The notes under the pieces are model-generated. The model was not told the origin of the DNA, ran no database searches, and saw only the letters and a program-made list of their open reading frames with translations. A DNA stretch of 10,966 bases from contig JBBCAW010000047.1 in the NCBI GenBank assembly GCA_051382295.1, positions 1-10,966 on the forward strand, in the 5' to 3' direction. Shown piece by piece: positions 7,264 through 10,966 of the stretch. Both the position numbers and the translations under genes were made by a program. The stretch is from Bdellovibrionota bacterium FG-1. GTDB taxonomy: Bacteria > Bdellovibrionota > UBA1018. Every line of letters begins with the position of its first letter. Position 1 is the stretch's first letter.

Positions 7264-8763
7264 ATGGAAAATAATATTCAGAGCCCCGTTACGAGTAAGA
7301 AAGAAAAGAGAAAAGAGAAGCCACAACTCACGTTGGTGGAAACAGAGCATGCCATCGAGGTCGCTGGCGTCCCATTTCTGCGTCTTTTCGTAGACCAGTT
7401 TTCGGAAAGCCACGCGGCATACCTCAGCCGGGATGGCCACCCAGGAGTAGCTCCAATCCGCAGCCAGCTTTGCCGGTCCTACATTCGGCAATACCTCTAC
7501 GAGCAGGCTGGCCTCCTGTTGACCAAAAAGCATCTTGAAGAAATCGTAGAAATAGTTGAGGGATTTGCGCTAGTCCGCAACGACAAAATAGACCTTTGCA
7601 TCCGAGTGGCGCGGGACAATGCCGACATCCTCGTAAACGGGATGCCCTTGATCTACCGAATTTCCCCTGGCGTCTGGACAGAAGACAGTTCTGGAATTCT
7701 AAAATTTCGGACACCTTCGACAGCGAAGGCTTTGGCTCGCCCCATTGAAGGGGGGGACCCAAAAAAGGTATTCAATTTTGTGAACATCGAGGATGAGGAC
7801 GAGAAACTGCTCCTTCTTGTCTACCTCGTTGCATCGTTCGTTCCTGATATTCCGCATCCCATATTAGCGATCCACGGCCCACAGGGTTCCGGAAAAAGTT
7901 CGCTGCTCCGATTTCTAACTCGCATCATCGACCCCAATACCGCCGAAGAGGTCCATCTGCATGGAGAGGTGGAGTTTGTCCAATCCGCTTCCGAAAGGTG
8001 GGTTGTTGGCATCGACAACGTAACGAATATCTCTGATCGAATCTCCGACCTGCTTTGTAAATTCGTCACGGGAGTATCATTCACCAAACGGAAGCTCTAC
8101 ACCGACAACGACCAATTTGTCCGAAGCTTTAAGCGGGTGGTGATCCTGAACGGTATCGGCCTCCCGATGAGGAAGCCCGACATTCTTGATCGAACCATCA
8201 TCATTGGTCTCAGCCGTATTAAGAGCGACATGCGAAAATCGGAGTCCTCTCTTGAAGAACAGTTTGAGAATGTCCGGGGCGAAGTTGTGGGTGGACTATT
8301 TGACTTGCTGGCCAAGGCTCTTGCCATACTGCCAACTCTGGGTAAGACGCCGCTTCCTCGTCTGGCCGATTTTGGAAACTGGGGACGCGCCATTGCCGTA
8401 GCAGCAGGATATAGCGAAAAGGATTTTGTTCGGGCCTATAGCAAGAATATCCAGCGGCAGGTCGAAGAAGCTCTCGAAGCCTCCCCTCTGGCAACTGTGA
8501 TCCAATACTACCTTGACCCCGAGAGGGAACGATACGGCAAGGACAACCGCCTTGAAGGGACGCCAACCCATGTGCTCCGGGAACTCAAAAATATTGCGCC
8601 CCAGGCAGGAATTGAGGAAAGGGTGCTGCCGAAATCTGCGCGAGGTTTAGGCCGTGGACTGATGGAGGTAAAAGCTACTCTGGAAGAGTACGGCTATGTC
8701 GTTGAAAGGAGCCGGGGCAAAGACCGCAGAATCCAAATCCTCCCCCCAAAACCTACAACATGA
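7264..8763 (+). CDS. P-loop ATPase, probable replicative helicase of a mobile element, with a C-terminal winged-helix-like region
   Basis: Walker A GPQGSGKS, Walker B VVGIDN, RKLYTD, sensor-like VILNG and Arg-finger-like PDILDR. No primase domain is evident. ATG at 7264 is preferred because the 7195 GTG lies inside a hairpin. Confidence 0.75.
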   Translation: MENNIQSPVTSKKEKRKEKPQLTLVETEHAIEVAGVPFLRLFVDQFSESHAAYLSRDGHPGVAPIRSQLCRSYIRQYLYEQAGLLLTKKHLEEIVEIVEGFALVRNDKIDLCIRVARDNADILVNGMPLIYRISPGVWTEDSSGILKFRTPSTAKALARPIEGGDPKKVFNFVNIEDEDEKLLLLVYLVASFVPDIPHPILAIHGPQGSGKSSLLRFLTRIIDPNTAEEVHLHGEVEFVQSASERWVVGIDNVTNISDRISDLLCKFVTGVSFTKRKLYTDNDQFVRSFKRVVILNGIGLPMRKPDILDRTIIIGLSRIKSDMRKSESSLEEQFENVRGEVVGGLFDLLAKALAILPTLGKTPLPRLADFGNWGRAIAVAAGYSEKDFVRAYSKNIQRQVEEALEASPLATVIQYYLDPERERYGKDNRLEGTPTHVLRELKNIAPQAGIEERVLPKSARGLGRGLMEVKATLEEYGYVVERSRGKDRRIQILPPKPTT

Positions 8764-8846
8764 AAACGAGGTGAAAAGAAAACAAGAGCAACGGAGAGCG
8801 GCCCCGGCCACGTCCTCGCAAATTGGCGGGGTCGCTAACCAACGCG

Positions 8847-9290
8847 ATGGATACACAGAAACCCCCAATACATCCGCTTCCGATGGGCGAGCAAAAAGTT
8901 TGCGTGGCTTGCGCCCAGTCGCTCCTGCTCTCTGAATTCTATCGGAAGGAAGCGAGGGACGCGACCCGACCACGTTGGGAGCGTGTTTGTAAACATTGTA
9001 AGAGGAGCCAACGGCGGAAAGCTGCCCATAGGAAAAAAGAAACGTCCCATGCCAATGCTGCCGACACAGCAAAAACGCCCAGCCTCGAAAATGGCGAGGT
9101 ACCGATGCTACGTGTGGACAGTATTTTAAAAGCAAATTTGGAGACAGAGGAGTTCCGGCGAGTCTTGTCAGTGTTCCAAACACTTCTCGGAATTGAAACA
9201 AGAACTACAAGACTCCAAGGGGGCGACACTCGGACCCGATTAAACTCGCGGAAAGCTATAAAATCGGATTTAAGGGAGCCCGAAGTATGA
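8847..9290 (+). CDS. Zinc-finger (CxxC...CxxC) basic protein
   Basis: KVCVAC...SEFY...VCKHCKR followed by a K/R-rich stretch. Its stop overlaps the integrase start (ATGA, 9287..9290). The start is uncertain (8847 or 8883). Confidence 0.7.
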   Translation: MDTQKPPIHPLPMGEQKVCVACAQSLLLSEFYRKEARDATRPRWERVCKHCKRSQRRKAAHRKKETSHANAADTAKTPSLENGEVPMLRVDSILKANLETEEFRRVLSVFQTLLGIETRTTRLQGGDTRTRLNSRKAIKSDLREPEV

Positions 9291-10906
9291 GCCATACATG
9301 GGAGCTAGATAGAAACAAAAAAGCCATCGGCATCGTTAGGGTAAGCAGCCATCGACAAAAGGATGGTGGCTCTCCAGACTTGCAAAAAGAAAAACTTCAA
9401 CTGTACGCCGCCGAAAATGACCTGAACCTTGTCCGCGTTGGGAGCATCGTCGAATCGGCAAAAACGACCGATGGCCGAAAAAAGTATTCCGCTGAAATAT
9501 TGCATGCGCTCGACAATGATATTCGGCACGTCCTCTTTTACATGACGGACCGCGAGGCGCGGAACCTCAGCGATACTGAGTCCAACGAGCTTTTGGTATT
9601 GCAGGGTCGGATTATTATCCATTACGTTAACGACCGCAAAGTTCTCCACCAGACCAGTCCGACCTCTGATTTTTTCTCGCGGGACGTAAATGCGCTCGTC
9701 AATAAACATTTCTCGCGGGTCTTAGCGGAGAAGATGAAAGATGTGATGTTGAGGAAGGCGGAGGATGGCTGGTATCCTGGCAACCATCCCCCTCTTGGGT
9801 ACGTCCACCAAAAGCCAAAGGGCGAGAACGGACGCATCGCTAAACGTGGCTCGATAATCGTACCCAATCCGAACCCTCGTATTGTGAAGCTCGTACAAAG
9901 AGAGTTCGACCTCCGGGCAGAAGGCCTCTCGTTTGGCGAGATTCGAAAAATACTTCTTGAAGAGGGATGGGTCGAACCCAACAAGATTGGTAGCTACTCG
10001 AAGCATGGCATTGAAGCGCGGCTGAAAAACAAATTCTACTCCGGCGTCTTTGATTGGCCACAAGGGGTCGAGCACACCGGGAAGCACGAGCTAATAATCG
10101 ACCAGCGGATTCTCGGGCGTGTTAAGGCCAGCTTCGGTAAGCGTGGGGTACGCCGCCTGAGTCCGGGGGAGCAGGGTATTTTCTCGGGTGGGTGGCTCCG
10201 TTGCGCCGACCCCGCCTGCGGCCTCCAAGTAATCTACGACCCGAAGGTAAAAAAGATTAAGGCCACAGGGGAGACAAAATCCTTCCCATACTACCACTGC
10301 TCCAACTCCCGTAACATTCACCCCACGCTCGTTGGCAGGTATGTGACCGAAGAGCAGCTCTGGGCAGACTTCGCCCCCGTCGTACAAGAAATCGCTATTA
10401 GCGAGAACTTTGCGCAAGAGATTGCTGACGCTCTGAATGAGATACATGAAAAGGCAAAACAGGCGGTCAAGCGTGACATCCAGAACTACCGAGAGGGGTT
10501 AGCCAATCTCGAAAAGCGAGAGGACAAACTCTACGATGATTTGCATTCCGGAGTCCTCGACAAGACGGGGTACAAACGGCAACTCGACCGCGTCCGGGAT
10601 GAACGCCGCCGATACACCAACCTGCTCGAACAGTCCCAGCTTGCAATTAGTGACGCCTGCATGGTTACCGCCCGTAAGATACTCGGACTCGCTACCAACG
10701 CGAAATCACTCTGGAATCTGGGTACCCAAGAGGAGCGGATGGAGTATCTCAAGAATGTCTGCTCGGACCCAGTCCTAGATGGCGTAACTGTCCGATACGA
10801 AATGAAAAAACCCTTCCATACGATTGCTCGTATGAAGGGTTTTTCAAATTGGCGTCTCCACGGGGATTCGAACCCCGGTTACTCCCGTGAAAGGGGAGTG
10901 TCCTAG
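9287..10906 (+). CDS. Large serine recombinase (integrase)
   Basis: N-terminal IVRVSS catalytic motif and DREARN, recombinase domain (G.YPG..PPLGY; LKNKFYSG; GKHELII), zinc ribbon (LRCADPACG...YYHC) and a coiled coil. The last 18 codons and the stop overlap the tRNA in antisense. Confidence 0.95.
   Translation: MSHTWELDRNKKAIGIVRVSSHRQKDGGSPDLQKEKLQLYAAENDLNLVRVGSIVESAKTTDGRKKYSAEILHALDNDIRHVLFYMTDREARNLSDTESNELLVLQGRIIIHYVNDRKVLHQTSPTSDFFSRDVNALVNKHFSRVLAEKMKDVMLRKAEDGWYPGNHPPLGYVHQKPKGENGRIAKRGSIIVPNPNPRIVKLVQREFDLRAEGLSFGEIRKILLEEGWVEPNKIGSYSKHGIEARLKNKFYSGVFDWPQGVEHTGKHELIIDQRILGRVKASFGKRGVRRLSPGEQGIFSGGWLRCADPACGLQVIYDPKVKKIKATGETKSFPYYHCSNSRNIHPTLVGRYVTEEQLWADFAPVVQEIAISENFAQEIADALNEIHEKAKQAVKRDIQNYREGLANLEKREDKLYDDLHSGVLDKTGYKRQLDRVRDERRRYTNLLEQSQLAISDACMVTARKILGLATNAKSLWNLGTQEERMEYLKNVCSDPVLDGVTVRYEMKKPFHTIARMKGFSNWRLHGDSNPGYSRERGVS
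10805..10844 (-). terminator. Element-supplied intrinsic terminator for tRNA-Glu, inside the integrase CDS, possibly bidirectional
   Basis: The - strand reads AAAAACCCTTCATACGA-GCAA-TCGTATGGAAGGGTTTTTT: a 17-bp stem with one bulge, a GNRA loop and U6. It starts 5 nt after the tRNA CCA. Confidence 0.8.
10846..10856. repeat. att core, tRNA-proximal copy (AAATTGGCGTC)
   Basis: Exact match to 117..127. It spans the last 7 nt of the tRNA plus 4 nt of flank. Confidence 0.85.
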
Positions 10907-10925
10907 GCCTCTAGACGATGGAGAC
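10850..10925 (-). tRNA. tRNA-Glu (anticodon TTC)
   Basis: 76 nt: acceptor stem GTCTCCA/TGGAGAC, D arm GTCTAGAGGCCTAGGAC, anticodon arm CTCCC-CTTTCAC-GGGAG, T loop GGTTCGAATCC and encoded CCA. Confidence 0.98.
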
Positions 10926-10966
10926 GCAAACACTCATTCATATCTATTTGAACGAAACAGACGTTT

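Larger units (their letters stand above)
117..10856. mobile_element. Integrative element / genomic island (predicted circle 10729 bp) inserted in the 3' end of tRNA-Glu, with a large serine integrase
   Basis: Identical 11-bp AAATTGGCGTC at 117..127 and 10846..10856 covers the tRNA's GACGCCA end. The integrase abuts the tRNA, a minus-strand terminator lies just outside the left repeat, and the content is replication, recombination and regulatory genes. Confidence 0.88.

Noticed and set aside
8696..8935. 79-aa + strand ORF bridging the helicase and zinc-finger genes
   Set aside because: It overlaps both neighbours out of frame and largely translates the A-rich tract and hairpin.
8847..9290. 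HNH / endonuclease VII assignment for the zinc-finger protein
   Set aside because: Similar fingers precede such nucleases in phages, but no DH/HNH catalytic motif is present here.
9305..10778. Antisense and alternative-frame ORFs within the integrase (likewise within the helicase and resolvase genes)
   Set aside because: They are shadow ORFs of well-supported genes with no independent motifs.

Overview
The window holds an apparently complete ~10.7 kb integrative element inserted at the 3' end of a tRNA-Glu(TTC) gene (10850..10925, - strand). It is bounded by an 11-bp direct repeat, AAATTGGCGTC (117..127 and 10846..10856). The right half is a + strand core: a hypothetical gene, a DUF669-like putative SSB, a P-loop helicase-like ATPase, a zinc-finger protein and a large serine recombinase. 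A small serine resolvase is transcribed divergently from this core. The left half is cargo: two XRE regulators (one a restriction-modification controller-like C protein with an intact C-box but no R-M genes), a stand-alone receiver domain, and a lipoprotein / secreted Cys-rich protein / membrane protein operon. The most striking feature is that the att site lies inside the 3' end of the integrase ORF. The integrated form ends in a tail read from the antisense tRNA (WRLHGDSNPGYSRERGVS), whereas the predicted excised circle ends in WRPLAADLRTECIEYAA, an ssrA/ClpXP-degron-like ending. A terminator-like hairpin embedded in the integrase coding sequence appears to replace the tRNA terminator that was displaced to the other end of the element. 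No capsid, terminase, relaxase, conjugation or primase genes are recognisable. All family calls come from motif reading, not database searches.
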